DNA of 64,000 nt from IMG/VR virus record IMGVR_UViG_3300042465_004012, positions 1 to 64,000 of that record. One strand, given 5' to 3'. Below the pieces are notes generated by a model that was not told the origin of the DNA, did not search any database, and saw nothing but the letters and a program-made list of their open reading frames with translations. This document shows positions 39,697-50,158 of the stretch, one piece after another (the stretch's first letter is position 1; each line of letters begins with the position of its first letter). This stretch comes from a virus. The translations under genes were made by a program, and so were the position numbers.

Positions 39697-40682
39697 TGCA
39701 GACTGTTGTTGATAAAAAATATATTAATATGGTTTCTCCTTCTCTTGAAAAATTCAAGTGGAAGAAAGATAACATGGCAGCGTGTCGGTGTTTTAAGTGT
39801 GGTGATTCACAGAAAAATAAAACAAAGACTCGTGGATATTTTTATGTCAACAAGGATCAGTATTATTATAAGTGTCATAACTGTGGATTCTGCTGTACTG
39901 TAAAGACAGTTCTAGAAAACTTGTCTCCACAGTTAGCAAAAGAATATTCATTAGAAACTTACAAAATGAATATTGGGCGTAATATGTTTATGGCAGCAGA
40001 TGTAGTCGTAAAAGAACGTATTGTTCCAGACTATATTGGAAAATGTATTACAGATCTTCCTAAAGATCATTACGCTAGAGAATACGTAATGAAGAGACAA
40101 ATCCCAGAAGACAAATTACACCTCTTGTATTTTACTGAAGATTTTTCTAAGATTGCAGAGAAGTTCTTTAAAACTTCATTCAGAGAACCAAGACTTGTGA
40201 TTCCTTTTTTTGATGAGAAAGATAAAGTTGTTGGTGTTCAGGGTCGTTCATTTGAAGTTAATGCAAAAATCCGATACATCACATACAAGAGTCCACATAT
40301 TGAGCGTTTATGGTATGGGCTGAACAATATCAATGCTTTAAAACCAGTTTACGTGGTGGAAGGTCCGATTGATTCATTATTTGTACCGAATGCCATTGCC
40401 ATGGTAGGATCTAGTTATCCAGACCCACTACCAACAAAAATTGAAAATAGTAAATTAATTTTTGTATTTGATAACGAGCCTAGAAATATTGTCTTACACC
40501 ACATGATGGAAAGGGCAATAAACGAGGGTCATAAAATTGTAATTTGGCCTTCTATACCTGAAAAAGATATTAATGAAATATGTCTTAAATATGGTGTAGA
40601 GAAGATGAAACAAATGCTAGATAGTAATACCTATTCGACAAATGCAGCCAGACTAAAATTTGGTGCATGGAAAAGATCTTAA
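39696..40682 (+). CDS. gp61: DNA primase gp61
   Basis: CFKCGDS...CHNCG zinc finger; EGPIDS and FDNEP TOPRIM motifs. Confidence 0.95.
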   Translation: MQTVVDKKYINMVSPSLEKFKWKKDNMAACRCFKCGDSQKNKTKTRGYFYVNKDQYYYKCHNCGFCCTVKTVLENLSPQLAKEYSLETYKMNIGRNMFMAADVVVKERIVPDYIGKCITDLPKDHYAREYVMKRQIPEDKLHLLYFTEDFSKIAEKFFKTSFREPRLVIPFFDEKDKVVGVQGRSFEVNAKIRYITYKSPHIERLWYGLNNINALKPVYVVEGPIDSLFVPNAIAMVGSSYPDPLPTKIENSKLIFVFDNEPRNIVLHHMMERAINEGHKIVIWPSIPEKDINEICLKYGVEKMKQMLDSNTYSTNAARLKFGAWKRS

Positions 40683-40683
40683 T

Positions 40684-40887
40684 ATGATAAATGATAATTT
40701 AGACAATAATGATGGTATGGAAAAGAAAGTTTGCCAAGCTTTTTTACAATTTAATAATTATTTTAGTTTATATGTAAAAGAAGTAGACATAGATTTATGG
40801 AATAGAGCAGTAGAGTTTGCAAAGGACAGCGTTGATGTCCCCGGTGTATCTTTAAAATTTATTGATAACGATAATACAGACGAGTAA
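40684..40887 (+). CDS. Small acidic hypothetical protein
   Basis: Fills the gp61-thyX gap. Confidence 0.5.
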   Translation: MINDNLDNNDGMEKKVCQAFLQFNNYFSLYVKEVDIDLWNRAVEFAKDSVDVPGVSLKFIDNDNTDE

Positions 40888-40895
40888 TAAAAATT

Positions 40896-41615
40896 ATGAA
40901 ACAAAGAATAACTGTCCTCGATAAAGGACACGTAGATCTTATTGATGTGATGGGTTCCGATTTAACGGTTGCCAATGCAGCCCGAGTTTCTTTTAATAAA
41001 GAAAGTGAATGGGATACGGAACTTAATTGGCTTTCTAAAACAACAGATAATACCTTATCTGCAAAAGATAAAAAATTAATTTCTTATCTAGCCAAACATA
41101 AACATTGGACACCCTTTGCACATCCACAGATCACAGTAAGAATTAAGGCTCCTATTTTTATTCGCACTCAACTTTTTAAACACAAAGTTGGATTTGTAGA
41201 AAATGAAGTAAGCCGTAGATATGTAACTGATACTCCGGAATTTTATATTCCAAGATGGAGATCAGCACCAACCACTGGTGCAAAACAAGGCAGTACAGAT
41301 TTTATTTTAGATTCTGTAGTTGAAGATAAACTGAATACAGAGTATAATATGGTTCTCGAAGGAGCTTTGAAAACATATGAAAATCTTTTGGAACAGGGTG
41401 TCGCCCCAGAACAGGCGCGATCCGTCTTACCACAAGGCGCGTATACGGAGTGGTGGTGGACTGGATCACTTGCGGGTTTTGCTCGGGTCTACACACAACG
41501 AAGTGAGGCACACGCTCAATGGGAAGTACGTGAGTATGCCAATGCGATTGCCGCATCGATTTCTCCGTTCTTCCCTGTATCTTGGGAACATCTGACTAGT
41601 AAGGACAACACATGA
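40896..41615 (+). CDS. thyX: Flavin-dependent thymidylate synthase
   Basis: NAARVSF, HWTPF, KHK-x7-SRRY, EQARSVLP and HAQWE. Confidence 0.95.
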   Translation: MKQRITVLDKGHVDLIDVMGSDLTVANAARVSFNKESEWDTELNWLSKTTDNTLSAKDKKLISYLAKHKHWTPFAHPQITVRIKAPIFIRTQLFKHKVGFVENEVSRRYVTDTPEFYIPRWRSAPTTGAKQGSTDFILDSVVEDKLNTEYNMVLEGALKTYENLLEQGVAPEQARSVLPQGAYTEWWWTGSLAGFARVYTQRSEAHAQWEVREYANAIAASISPFFPVSWEHLTSKDNT

Positions 41616-43498
41616 CAAATTTATCACCATTTCAAGAATTTATTTTTATATCTCGTTATTCACGTTGGATCAACTCAGAAAATCGTAGAGAGACATGGAC
41701 AGAATGCGTAGACCGTTGGTGGGATTATTTTACCACTAGAGTTCCATCGTTACTCGAACGTCCTGATGTACGTGAAGCAATTCTATCACTCGAAGTACTA
41801 CCTTCTATGCGTAGTCTCATGACTGCAGGTAAAGCACTAGATCATGATAACACATGTCTCTATAATTGCTCATACCTTCCTATTGATTCTATTGATTCAT
41901 TTGCAGAACTATTTGTTATTCTCATGAATGGTACAGGTACCGGGTATTCTGTTGAAAGACAATACACAGACAAACTCCCAACTGTTGCCAACAAGATTGT
42001 AAAGAATTTTGATAAGGTAATCGTTGTAGAAGATTCAAAGGAAGGTTGGGGAGATGCAATTAAAACATTGTTCAGCGATCTCTATGCTGGTAAGCATCCT
42101 AAGTGGGACTTGTCAAAAATTAGAGCATCTGGTGCACGACTTAAAACTTTTGGTGGTCGTGCTTCTGGTCCTGCTCCGTTAGACCATTTATTCAAATTTA
42201 TAGTAAAGGTCTTCTACAACGCACAGGGACGTAAACTTTCGGCTCTTGAGTGCCATGACACATGCTGTGCCATCGCTAATGCCGTAATCGTGGGTGGAGT
42301 CCGCAGATCCGCTATGATCTCTCTCAGTGACCTGGGAGACCGTGAAATTGCCATGTGCAAGAGTGGCGCATGGTGGGAGCAAGCCGGGTTTCGGTCTTAC
42401 GCCAATAACTCAGCCGTGTATCGCGGAAGACCCCCCATGGGACAGTTTCTTGAGGAGTGGACCTCTCTGTACAACTCCCACAGCGGAGAACGCGGTATGA
42501 TCAATCGTAGGGCACTTCAAGAGCAAGCAGCGAAGTCTGGGCGAGACCCGGATTGTGAATATGGTACCAATCCATGTGCAGAAATTATTTTGAAACCTTT
42601 TGAATTTTGCAATCTTTCAACGGTCGTAGTTCGTATCGATGATACTGCTGCAAGCCTAAAGAAGAAGATTGAAATTGCCACTATTATTGGAACTGTTCAG
42701 TCTACTTTTGTGAAATTTCCTTATCTTCGTCCTGATTGGAAGAAGAACTGCGAAGAGGAAAGATTGCTTGGTGTCTCCATGACAGGAATTTTTGATAATA
42801 AACTTACCAGCGGTCTTGACGGTAAGCCAAAATTAGTTCGACTTCTTGAGAATCTTCGTGACCATGCAACGGCTACAAATCTCAAATGGGCAGAGAAGTT
42901 GGGTATTAATCCTAGCAAGTCAATTACTTGCGTCAAGCCAGAAGGCACTACTTCTTGCTTGGTGGATTCAGCTTCGGGTTTACATCCACGCTATGCGGAT
43001 TATTATTTCCGCAGAATCCGATTGGACAAGAAAGATCCTTTGTATAACTTGATGAAGGATCAAGGAGTCCCGTGCGAGGATGATGTGATAAACCCAACTT
43101 CTACTGCCGTATTTACTTTTGCAATGAAGGCTCCTCGTGGTACTGTTACTACAGAAGATCTTCGTGCACTTGACCATCTTGATCTGTGGAAAACATATCA
43201 AGAACATTACTGTCATCACAAGCCTTCTGTTACCGTCAACTACAAGGACAGTGAATTCCTTGAAGTAGGCAATTGGTTGTGGGAGAACTTTGATATGGCA
43301 ACAGGTATTGCATTCTTACCGGGTGGTGACAATCATACATACGCTCAGGCACCGTTTGAGCAAATTGATTCTGCTACTTATGCAGCCCACCCAAAGGTCA
43401 AGGTTAACTTTAATGATCTCATGAAATATGAGATGGAAGACAACACAGAATCTGCTAAAGAATTTGCTTGCAGTGCAGGTGGCTGTCAGGTAGTATAA
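41612..43498 (+). CDS. nrdJ: Class II (B12-dependent) ribonucleotide reductase, monomeric RTPR type
   Basis: NCS, GGVRRSA, TNPCAE, KPEGT and C-terminal CSAGGC; no small-subunit gene nearby. Confidence 0.92.
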   Translation: MTNLSPFQEFIFISRYSRWINSENRRETWTECVDRWWDYFTTRVPSLLERPDVREAILSLEVLPSMRSLMTAGKALDHDNTCLYNCSYLPIDSIDSFAELFVILMNGTGTGYSVERQYTDKLPTVANKIVKNFDKVIVVEDSKEGWGDAIKTLFSDLYAGKHPKWDLSKIRASGARLKTFGGRASGPAPLDHLFKFIVKVFYNAQGRKLSALECHDTCCAIANAVIVGGVRRSAMISLSDLGDREIAMCKSGAWWEQAGFRSYANNSAVYRGRPPMGQFLEEWTSLYNSHSGERGMINRRALQEQAAKSGRDPDCEYGTNPCAEIILKPFEFCNLSTVVVRIDDTAASLKKKIEIATIIGTVQSTFVKFPYLRPDWKKNCEEERLLGVSMTGIFDNKLTSGLDGKPKLVRLLENLRDHATATNLKWAEKLGINPSKSITCVKPEGTTSCLVDSASGLHPRYADYYFRRIRLDKKDPLYNLMKDQGVPCEDDVINPTSTAVFTFAMKAPRGTVTTEDLRALDHLDLWKTYQEHYCHHKPSVTVNYKDSEFLEVGNWLWENFDMATGIAFLPGGDNHTYAQAPFEQIDSATYAAHPKVKVNFNDLMKYEMEDNTESAKEFACSAGGCQVV

Positions 43499-43503
43499 AT
43501 TGA

Positions 43504-43576
43504 TCTCCGATAGCTCAGTTGGTAGAGCGGCGAGCTGTTAACTCGCATGTCACTGGTTCAAATCCAGTTCGGAGAG
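43504..43576 (+). tRNA. trnN: tRNA-Asn(GTT)
   Basis: Acceptor TCTCCGA/TCGGAGA, anticodon arm GCGAG-CTGTTAA-CTCGC, TTCAAAT T-loop; CCA not encoded. Confidence 0.95.
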
Positions 43577-43578
43577 TT

Positions 43579-43911
43579 ATGTTTGGATTAATTTTCTTAT
43601 CATTCCTTGGTATAAGTATAGCAAATTGGATCTATGCTGATATATGTTATTCTAAAACATATAATGATAAGCCTTGGACAGTTTATGGCTTATGTATGTT
43701 GGCTGCATTCATTAGTACTAATGGTTGGTATTTTTTAATAAGAAATATTAAAACTCCCAAAGAACTTTTAATTACAAATATTATATGGGATGTTGGGGCT
43801 ACAATATTATGTGTTGTATTCCCCATTATGTTATATAATGTCAAATTTGATATGAAAACAATAATAGGATGTATGATTGCAATCCTTGGATTACTTATTG
43901 CAAAAATATAA
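43579..43911 (+). CDS. Small 4-TM membrane protein (SMR/EamA-like)
   Basis: Four hydrophobic segments; ATG just after the tRNA. Confidence 0.6.
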   Translation: MFGLIFLSFLGISIANWIYADICYSKTYNDKPWTVYGLCMLAAFISTNGWYFLIRNIKTPKELLITNIIWDVGATILCVVFPIMLYNVKFDMKTIIGCMIAILGLLIAKI

Positions 43912-43914
43912 ATC

Positions 43915-44349
43915 ATGGCAAAGAAACAAGTAAAAAAAGTATGTATCTCTTGTAAAAAAAATAAAGTACAGAAACACTTTAGAAAACAAAGAGGTGCATG
44001 TCGAGCATGTGAAGCATATGCTACGAGACTTAGACGATACGATAACCCAATTCGTTCTCTACTCACAGGCGCAAGAACTAGATCAAAGCGTAAAAATATA
44101 AAATTTGATATTGAGGAATCTGATATTGTTATTCCAGAGGTATGTCCTGTTTTAGGGATACCGCTTATTCTTTTTGGTCCACCTAATTCACCACATCTAC
44201 CGTCTATAGATCGAATTGATAATACTAAAGGCTACGAGAAAAACAATATTGCTATTATTTCTTTTAAAGCTAATACTTTAAAATCTAATGCTAGTTTAAA
44301 CGAATTAAAACAATTAGTCAAATATTGCGAAGATCACACAAACAAATAA
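43915..44349 (+). CDS. HNH-like (homing-type) endonuclease
   Basis: CxxC...CxxC, CPVLG and SIDRIDNTKGY..NN.....AN..K. Confidence 0.75.
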   Translation: MAKKQVKKVCISCKKNKVQKHFRKQRGACRACEAYATRLRRYDNPIRSLLTGARTRSKRKNIKFDIEESDIVIPEVCPVLGIPLILFGPPNSPHLPSIDRIDNTKGYEKNNIAIISFKANTLKSNASLNELKQLVKYCEDHTNK

Positions 44350-44359
44350 ATTAACATCC

Positions 44360-44367
44360 TATAAATA
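44360..44367 (+). promoter_or_regulatory. T4 late promoter, near-leaderless
   Basis: TATAAATA with ATG 5 nt downstream. Confidence 0.7.
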
Positions 44368-44372
44368 ATAGG

Positions 44373-44933
44373 ATGTTTCATACAATTGTTGGTATAGATT
44401 ATTCAATGAACTCTCCATGTATCTGTATGTTTGATACAAGGAGAACATTCTGTTTTGAAAATTGTCAGTTTTATTTTTTAACAGATGTTAAAAAGTATGC
44501 GAATACATTTTTAAATAATATTCATGGTGAACCTTTTTGTGACTATAATTGTGACACAGAAAGATTTGATACGATATCATCATGGGCTTTAAATCTCTGC
44601 ATAGGTGCAGCTGAAGTTTCCTTAGAAGGTTATGCGTATAACTCAACAGGACGAATTTTTAATCTAGCAGAAAATGTTGGTATACTAAAACACAAACTAT
44701 ACAAGAATGCTATTCCTCTTAGCGTTATAGAACCAAGCCGGGTGAAGAAAATCGCAACCGGTAAAGGTAATGCAGACAAACAAATGATGTTTGATTGTTT
44801 TGAAGCAGAAACTAGAGTTGATCTGAAATCTGTATTGTCACAAAAAACACTATCTAATCCTGTTACGGATATTATAGATAGTTTTTATATTGCCAAAATT
44901 TTGGCATCAACCAAACTCAATCAAGAATCTTGA
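44373..44933 (+). CDS. RuvC-like Holliday junction resolvase
   Basis: VGIDYS, LEGY, KKIATGKGNADK and DIIDS. Confidence 0.8.
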   Translation: MFHTIVGIDYSMNSPCICMFDTRRTFCFENCQFYFLTDVKKYANTFLNNIHGEPFCDYNCDTERFDTISSWALNLCIGAAEVSLEGYAYNSTGRIFNLAENVGILKHKLYKNAIPLSVIEPSRVKKIATGKGNADKQMMFDCFEAETRVDLKSVLSQKTLSNPVTDIIDSFYIAKILASTKLNQES

Positions 44934-45300
44934 CTGTGAATGATTCGACTAAAGGTGCTGGTAGGGATTTCTGAATCTCATAGTTTCCCCAATTCTCCTT
45001 CAATACTCCATCTTTTACCAGTTTGGCAAGTGTTGCATCTAGCGTTTTGTCTTTATTGCTAAATGATATGTGTTTTTTGCCATTATCTAATGCTAGTTTG
45101 ATTGCCATAGCAACGCTTTCCCCATAGGGATAATCGTCAAACTTTTTATTTTTAACATCTGGTAGGATATAGTGAAGAAATCCAGCTATGTCTGCTTTTG
45201 GAACGATAGCAGAATGTCTCATAGCACATGATGGAGATCCCATGTTATAAACACTGTGATCTTCCATAACATATTTTTCTATAATAAATCTGCTTCTCAT
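44917..45300 (-). CDS. Hypothetical protein
   Basis: CATAAATA 8 nt upstream; possible winged-helix C-terminus. Confidence 0.5.
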   Translation of the reverse strand: MRSRFIIEKYVMEDHSVYNMGSPSCAMRHSAIVPKADIAGFLHYILPDVKNKKFDDYPYGESVAMAIKLALDNGKKHISFSNKDKTLDATLAKLVKDGVLKENWGNYEIQKSLPAPLVESFTVKILD

Positions 45301-45321
45301 TGCGTAAATATTTATGTTTTA

Positions 45322-45609
45322 TTAATTACCCCTACGCTCACTAGCCGCATCTAGATTGCGTCTAAAGCGTTTGGGCATTCCAGGCTTCATCTTAGCCATT
45401 AATTCGTTCCAAGCTCCCCCAGTGGCTTTATTGGCACTTATAGTTGAATCTACAGCCATAGCCACACTCTCACCAACATAGTTTCTTACTATTTTCTTCT
45501 TCTTGCATTTAGGACAAGGATTACTCAATGGAACTGTATTATCTTTCATAGATAATGTTTCCTCAAAGGTATGTTTACAGGATTCACAGACAAAAGCATA
45601 GATTGGCAT
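45322..45609 (-). CDS. FmdB-family zinc-ribbon protein
   Basis: MPIYAFVCESCKHTFE...CPKC. Confidence 0.8.
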   Translation of the reverse strand: MPIYAFVCESCKHTFEETLSMKDNTVPLSNPCPKCKKKKIVRNYVGESVAMAVDSTISANKATGGAWNELMAKMKPGMPKRFRRNLDAASERRGN

Positions 45610-46103
45610 TAGTTGGTTCTCATAAAAAATTTGATAGCATCTTCAAATATAAAATTACGTTTAGGTTCTTTAGGTGTAGTTTCCAAAATCATATTTGCTT
45701 CTTTTGGTAACTTACTACCTTTATAAAGATTGCATTCGCGGCAACATGCTACCATATTCACCCAAGTACTTCCTCCACCTTTGTGGCGTGGAATGATATG
45801 ATCTACAGTAGCAGATTTATCTGTTAATTCAATATGGCAGTATTGACATACATATTTATCACGTTTAAGAATATTCTTTTTACTTGGAAAACATTTTTTA
45901 TTTGGTGTTTTCACATAGTACTTTAAAATTAAAATTCTTGGGATTTTTATTGTTTCTCTTGAAGAAACAAATTTTAAGATTGATGTATGATTTTCTTCAT
46001 AATATACTTTGTTCTTTCTCATCAAAGACAAAGCTCTGCGCATCGAAATAATATTCAATGGGGATTGATCGTAATTCAGAAGAAGTACGGAAGTTTCAAG
46101 CAT
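45609..46103 (-). CDS. HNH endonuclease (McrA/HNH_5-like)
   Basis: VLLLN..PL, RDKYVCQYC and TVDHIIP..KGG.STW.N...C..CN..K; start reassigned to MLETSV. Confidence 0.85.
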   Translation of the reverse strand: MLETSVLLLNYDQSPLNIISMRRALSLMRKNKVYYEENHTSILKFVSSRETIKIPRILILKYYVKTPNKKCFPSKKNILKRDKYVCQYCHIELTDKSATVDHIIPRHKGGGSTWVNMVACCRECNLYKGSKLPKEANMILETTPKEPKRNFIFEDAIKFFMRTN

Positions 46104-46248
46104 CTTGGTTGTCAATGGCAAAAAACATGACACTATGCTTTTCTTGTGTTTGACAACAATATTTTTTATGTTTATACCCATAACTACCTAAAATATGTTC
46201 ACTGACTGGGTTTGAGCTAATCCACGGTACTTTGGGGGAATTGATCAT
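46096..46248 (-). CDS. 50-aa hypothetical protein (not in ORF track)
   Basis: MINSPKVPW...IDNQDA*; TATAAATA 7 nt upstream; stop overlaps the HNH start. Confidence 0.4.
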   Translation of the reverse strand: MINSPKVPWISSNPVSEHILGSYGYKHKKYCCQTQEKHSVMFFAIDNQDA

Positions 46249-46283
46249 TCATTATTATTTATAGAATCCTAAATAATTTAAGT

Positions 46284-46493
46284 ATGAATCCTGTCATTTT
46301 AGCCCATTTGAATAATCTATGTCTTAAAGCTACCCAAAATACAGCAGGTACCAATACCTACTATAAACCCGTTTCTCCCTTTTGTACCAACAAAGTACAG
46401 AAAATAAACGAAGAAACTACTCTAAACACCTCTGAATCATTCCCGGAATCAATATTTAAAATTTATGAAAAATTTCAACCAACTCGTAAATGA
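46284..46493 (+). CDS. Hypothetical late protein
   Basis: CTAAATA 8 nt upstream of the ATG. Confidence 0.5.
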   Translation: MNPVILAHLNNLCLKATQNTAGTNTYYKPVSPFCTNKVQKINEETTLNTSESFPESIFKIYEKFQPTRK

Positions 46494-49443
46494 ATCCTCT
46501 GGCTTAAAGCTAACAAGAGATTATAGCAGGTTTTTGTTGGAACAACAAGCTTTTGTTGCTCAGAAAACATGTGCTATACTTTTTGGTGAAGAAACCGATT
46601 ATGATGGCTCCGATGATACATCGAATGATCCTCCATTTAATTCACATCTAAGTGGACAGTTCTATGCCCATATTAATGTAGATGGTGCTAGAAAAGTTCG
46701 TGTCTTTAATAGTGCGCAAGAAGCTGCATTGGCAATTCAAAAATATCCTGGTTCTATGATTTATAATTTTAAGGGAGATGAAGTCGATCCGAACCAAGTT
46801 ACAGAATCTGTTGAAAGATTTAATATTTTTGAGGATGAGGCATCTGATTTTACACAACGAGAATTAAAGAAAAGATCACCAGAAGCTGAAGGTGGAATCT
46901 TGGATTCTATTGCAAATGCATGGAGAGCAAAAGATAAAGGTGCAGCCGTTGCTATGGCAAACAATAATAGTTTCATAGCTCGTAATTTACAGAATCTACA
47001 AAATGCCTTAACAGGAGCTGGAGTCTTTGGTGCAGATCGTACACCAGAACAAACCATGCAACAAAGAGATGCTGAAGTTAAAAAATTACGTGATAAATTA
47101 GATGCATATGAAATGGAACAACGCGGTAAAGGATTTAGAAAAGTAGAAGATATTCCATTATCAGATGAAGAGACAAAAGATGTTCAAACTTTTATAAAAC
47201 AAAGACAAGAGCAACAAGATCGCGTGGGTCCAATGATGCCCGGTGTAGCAGAACGGGTTAGTGGATTACCAAGAGAACAGCTCAAAGCATATAAAGATTT
47301 TTATAAAACTGCAACAGAATATCAAGGAAAATCTTTACAGGATTATTATAACCAGAATCCAGACAAATATTCTGCACATGAACCATATATGGATACCAAA
47401 ACAGCTATAGCATTAAAACCTATATCTAGAAGTGAAGATGAGGGATCAGCTATGCCCGGTCGGCTAAAGGGCACATCATTTGATTCTGCTGCTAAAGTTG
47501 TTGCAGGGTTACCAGAAACTGCAGCTATGGTTGCTGCTGGCATTGTTGCCCCAGAACTAGTTGGTGCTTTAGTTGGTGGAGCAGGAAGAATCGTTCCAGC
47601 CATAGCCAGAGTATCATCTGGTGCCGCAGCAAAAGCCGCAACAGCACAGGCTATTAATACAGCAGTAGGTATTGCGGGAGTAGATAAATTAGCAAACGCA
47701 AAAGATGTAGTTCAAGGTGCAGAAGGTGCCGTGATGGCTGCTGCTATTGCTGATCCACTTTTTAAATCAACATCACCAAACCCAGCAGCACATAAAAATG
47801 CTATAGATTTATGGAATGCAAAATTAAAAGCTGAACTCACTCGCACTCTTGCTGGACAAAAAGGTGCATATGAAACAAGTGCAATGATTCGTAGAGAAGT
47901 ACCAACTGGAGCAAAAGAAGGCGGAAAACGTACTGGCCCAAGGGGAGAATATCCAAAAGTAGCTGAGACACAACCAACAACTGAGTGGCCAGGTGTCAGT
48001 ACAAACCCAAGAACTATTGAAACCGGTGGTAAAGCTTCTGAAACCGCTGGGCAAGTCGCTAATGAAGAAATTCCATTGTTGTTAAGAAATTTAGAAACAA
48101 GAGCATGGCGTGATTATGAAACATTTGATCCAGCAGTTGTCCGTCAGGCTGCTAGAGATAGAGTAGCAGGTAGATTAGGGAGTGGGCAACCTGAAGTTTC
48201 TGGAACACGCCCTAGTGTCCCAAGTGAAAATCCACCAGCTGCTAGAGAAACAGTACCATTTAGAGTAACTGATACAGGTACATACAAAGAGCGAGAAAAA
48301 GAACGTACCAAAGCAGAAAATAAAGAAAAAGAAAGAATCGAAACAGAAATGCGAAAGGGGCGAGTTAATCCTGAACAGACTTCTTCTCGTCCAAGTTTTG
48401 CTGATACAGTAGATGCACTAACAGGAACAATCCAAAAAGCTGGAACAGAGTTGGTAAATTGGATGAAACCAAAACCAGGAACTTCTGTTCAACGCCGAGC
48501 ATTAACACCTTCTTCTGAACGAGCACTATATCCAAAAAGAACAGCCAGTGAAGTTTTAGCTGACACAAAGTATGCAACTGAAAAACCACTTGGTGTATTA
48601 CGGCAAGCAGCAAAAGATATCTCTACTGGAGTGAAAGAAAGAGGAGCAGCAGAAACTGCAGCACAAGTAGCTGCTGTAGCTCCACAAGTTGTATCCACGG
48701 TTATTCCGGACATGCCAACACCACCTGCTATTCGAGCCCCCGCACCTGATGTTTGGAAACCAACACGTAATATGGATCTAATGGTTTCGGAACCAGCTAA
48801 AGCACCTAGATCAAACGCAAACACCGAACCAGTTAGTGTTACACCCAAAGGAGAAGTAATTAAAGTTACTCCAACTCCAGAACCTGTTGATCGTAAGTCT
48901 ATTGATTCTTTTGTAAAGTCTTTACTTCCTTCAGCAGCTAATAGAACGGCATCAACACAACCAACTACTAACGTACCACCACCAACAGCATCGCCTTCAA
49001 CACCAAGCGATACACCCACAACTACGGTACCATCTACTGTAACTGATACAACGACAGCACCAACAACAGTTCCATCACCAGCAACCTCAACAACAACAGC
49101 ACCATCTACATCAACAGCACCTGTAACTGCGCCAACAGTTGCTCCAACTATTGCTCCAACAGTAACTCCAGAAGTAGCTCCTGTAACTAATCCAATAGTG
49201 AATAATATTGTTCAAACTCTCATAGCAGCAGCAGCTATCGGAGGTGGTTCTAAATTACTTCCTGGCAAGAAGGGTGGCGGTGGAGGCGGTGGAGGTGGCG
49301 GTGCAGGTGGGCGTATCGGTAGTGACCCAGCAGAACGCGAAGAACTTAAACGCCAAAAGCAAGAAACGGATGCTCAAGCAAAAAATTGGGATCTTATGAT
49401 GAAAAATATTTGGGGAAAGAATGTAGAAACCTTGACTAAATAA
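46465..49443 (+). CDS. 992-aa putative internal head or ejection protein
   Basis: MKNFNQLVNE leader, Ala/Gly hydrophobic helices, Pro/Thr-rich tail and poly-Gly. Confidence 0.55.
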   Translation: MKNFNQLVNESSGLKLTRDYSRFLLEQQAFVAQKTCAILFGEETDYDGSDDTSNDPPFNSHLSGQFYAHINVDGARKVRVFNSAQEAALAIQKYPGSMIYNFKGDEVDPNQVTESVERFNIFEDEASDFTQRELKKRSPEAEGGILDSIANAWRAKDKGAAVAMANNNSFIARNLQNLQNALTGAGVFGADRTPEQTMQQRDAEVKKLRDKLDAYEMEQRGKGFRKVEDIPLSDEETKDVQTFIKQRQEQQDRVGPMMPGVAERVSGLPREQLKAYKDFYKTATEYQGKSLQDYYNQNPDKYSAHEPYMDTKTAIALKPISRSEDEGSAMPGRLKGTSFDSAAKVVAGLPETAAMVAAGIVAPELVGALVGGAGRIVPAIARVSSGAAAKAATAQAINTAVGIAGVDKLANAKDVVQGAEGAVMAAAIADPLFKSTSPNPAAHKNAIDLWNAKLKAELTRTLAGQKGAYETSAMIRREVPTGAKEGGKRTGPRGEYPKVAETQPTTEWPGVSTNPRTIETGGKASETAGQVANEEIPLLLRNLETRAWRDYETFDPAVVRQAARDRVAGRLGSGQPEVSGTRPSVPSENPPAARETVPFRVTDTGTYKEREKERTKAENKEKERIETEMRKGRVNPEQTSSRPSFADTVDALTGTIQKAGTELVNWMKPKPGTSVQRRALTPSSERALYPKRTASEVLADTKYATEKPLGVLRQAAKDISTGVKERGAAETAAQVAAVAPQVVSTVIPDMPTPPAIRAPAPDVWKPTRNMDLMVSEPAKAPRSNANTEPVSVTPKGEVIKVTPTPEPVDRKSIDSFVKSLLPSAANRTASTQPTTNVPPPTASPSTPSDTPTTTVPSTVTDTTTAPTTVPSPATSTTTAPSTSTAPVTAPTVAPTIAPTVTPEVAPVTNPIVNNIVQTLIAAAAIGGGSKLLPGKKGGGGGGGGGGAGGRIGSDPAEREELKRQKQETDAQAKNWDLMMKNIWGKNVETLTK

Positions 49444-49444
49444 G

Positions 49445-49473
49445 TTGTAATGTTACATGTGTTTTGCTATAAT
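49445..49473 (+). promoter_or_regulatory. Early-type promoter
   Basis: TTGTAA-N17-TATAAT with TGc extension; GTG 10 nt downstream. Confidence 0.55.
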
Positions 49474-49483
49474 AGAGATACAA

Positions 49484-50158
49484 GTGTTACCTGTTAAAAA
49501 ATTTATACATAATCGTTTAGATATTAATGGTAGTCTTCAGGAAGAAACAACTCGAACTGGTCGCTCTTATAGCACACCAGAAGGAGTATTTCCATCTGTG
49601 ACTACTGTTGTTGGTTTTGAAAAACAAAAGTTTTTTGCTAAATGGCGAGCAAATAATGCAACTGAAAGTGTGCGTGTAACTACACGAGGAACAGATTTTC
49701 ATGGTATTATTGAAGACTACATGAATAATAAAGAGATTGACTTTGATAAAATGATGCCAAATATGGTAGACATTTTTATTAAAATTCAACCTTTGTTACA
49801 CAGAATTGATAATATAAGATTGCTTGAAGCTCCTCTCTGGTCATCTTTACTCGGTTTAGCCGGAAGAACAGATTGTATTGCTGATTTTGATGGTGAGTTA
49901 TCTATTATCGATTTTAAAGCAAGTACCAAAACAAAAAGAGCACAAGACATTGAAAATTACTTTCTACAAGCAACAGCCTATGCTATGATGCTACAAGAAA
50001 GAACCTCAATTAAAGTAAATAAATTTTCTATTTTAATTGCCTGTGAAAATGGGAGTAGTCAAGTCTTTGAAGGCAAACCGATTACTTATGTTAAAAAATT
50101 AAAAGAAATTATAGATCGATATAAGGAACATCAATATGTACAGAACCAGAATAGTTGA
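49484..50158 (+). CDS. PD-(D/E)XK exonuclease
   Basis: PSVTTV, RGTDFH, AGRTDC, IIDFK and YFLQATAYA. Confidence 0.88.
   Translation: MLPVKKFIHNRLDINGSLQEETTRTGRSYSTPEGVFPSVTTVVGFEKQKFFAKWRANNATESVRVTTRGTDFHGIIEDYMNNKEIDFDKMMPNMVDIFIKIQPLLHRIDNIRLLEAPLWSSLLGLAGRTDCIADFDGELSIIDFKASTKTKRAQDIENYFLQATAYAMMLQERTSIKVNKFSILIACENGSSQVFEGKPITYVKKLKEIIDRYKEHQYVQNQNS

Noticed and set aside
33786-43498. Introns or inteins in gp43, gp41, thyX or nrdJ
   Set aside because: All are uninterrupted, of expected length and without intein motifs.
43519-43578. N-terminal extension of ORF 43519-43911
   Set aside because: It is the tRNA-Asn sequence; the real start is likely ATG 43579.
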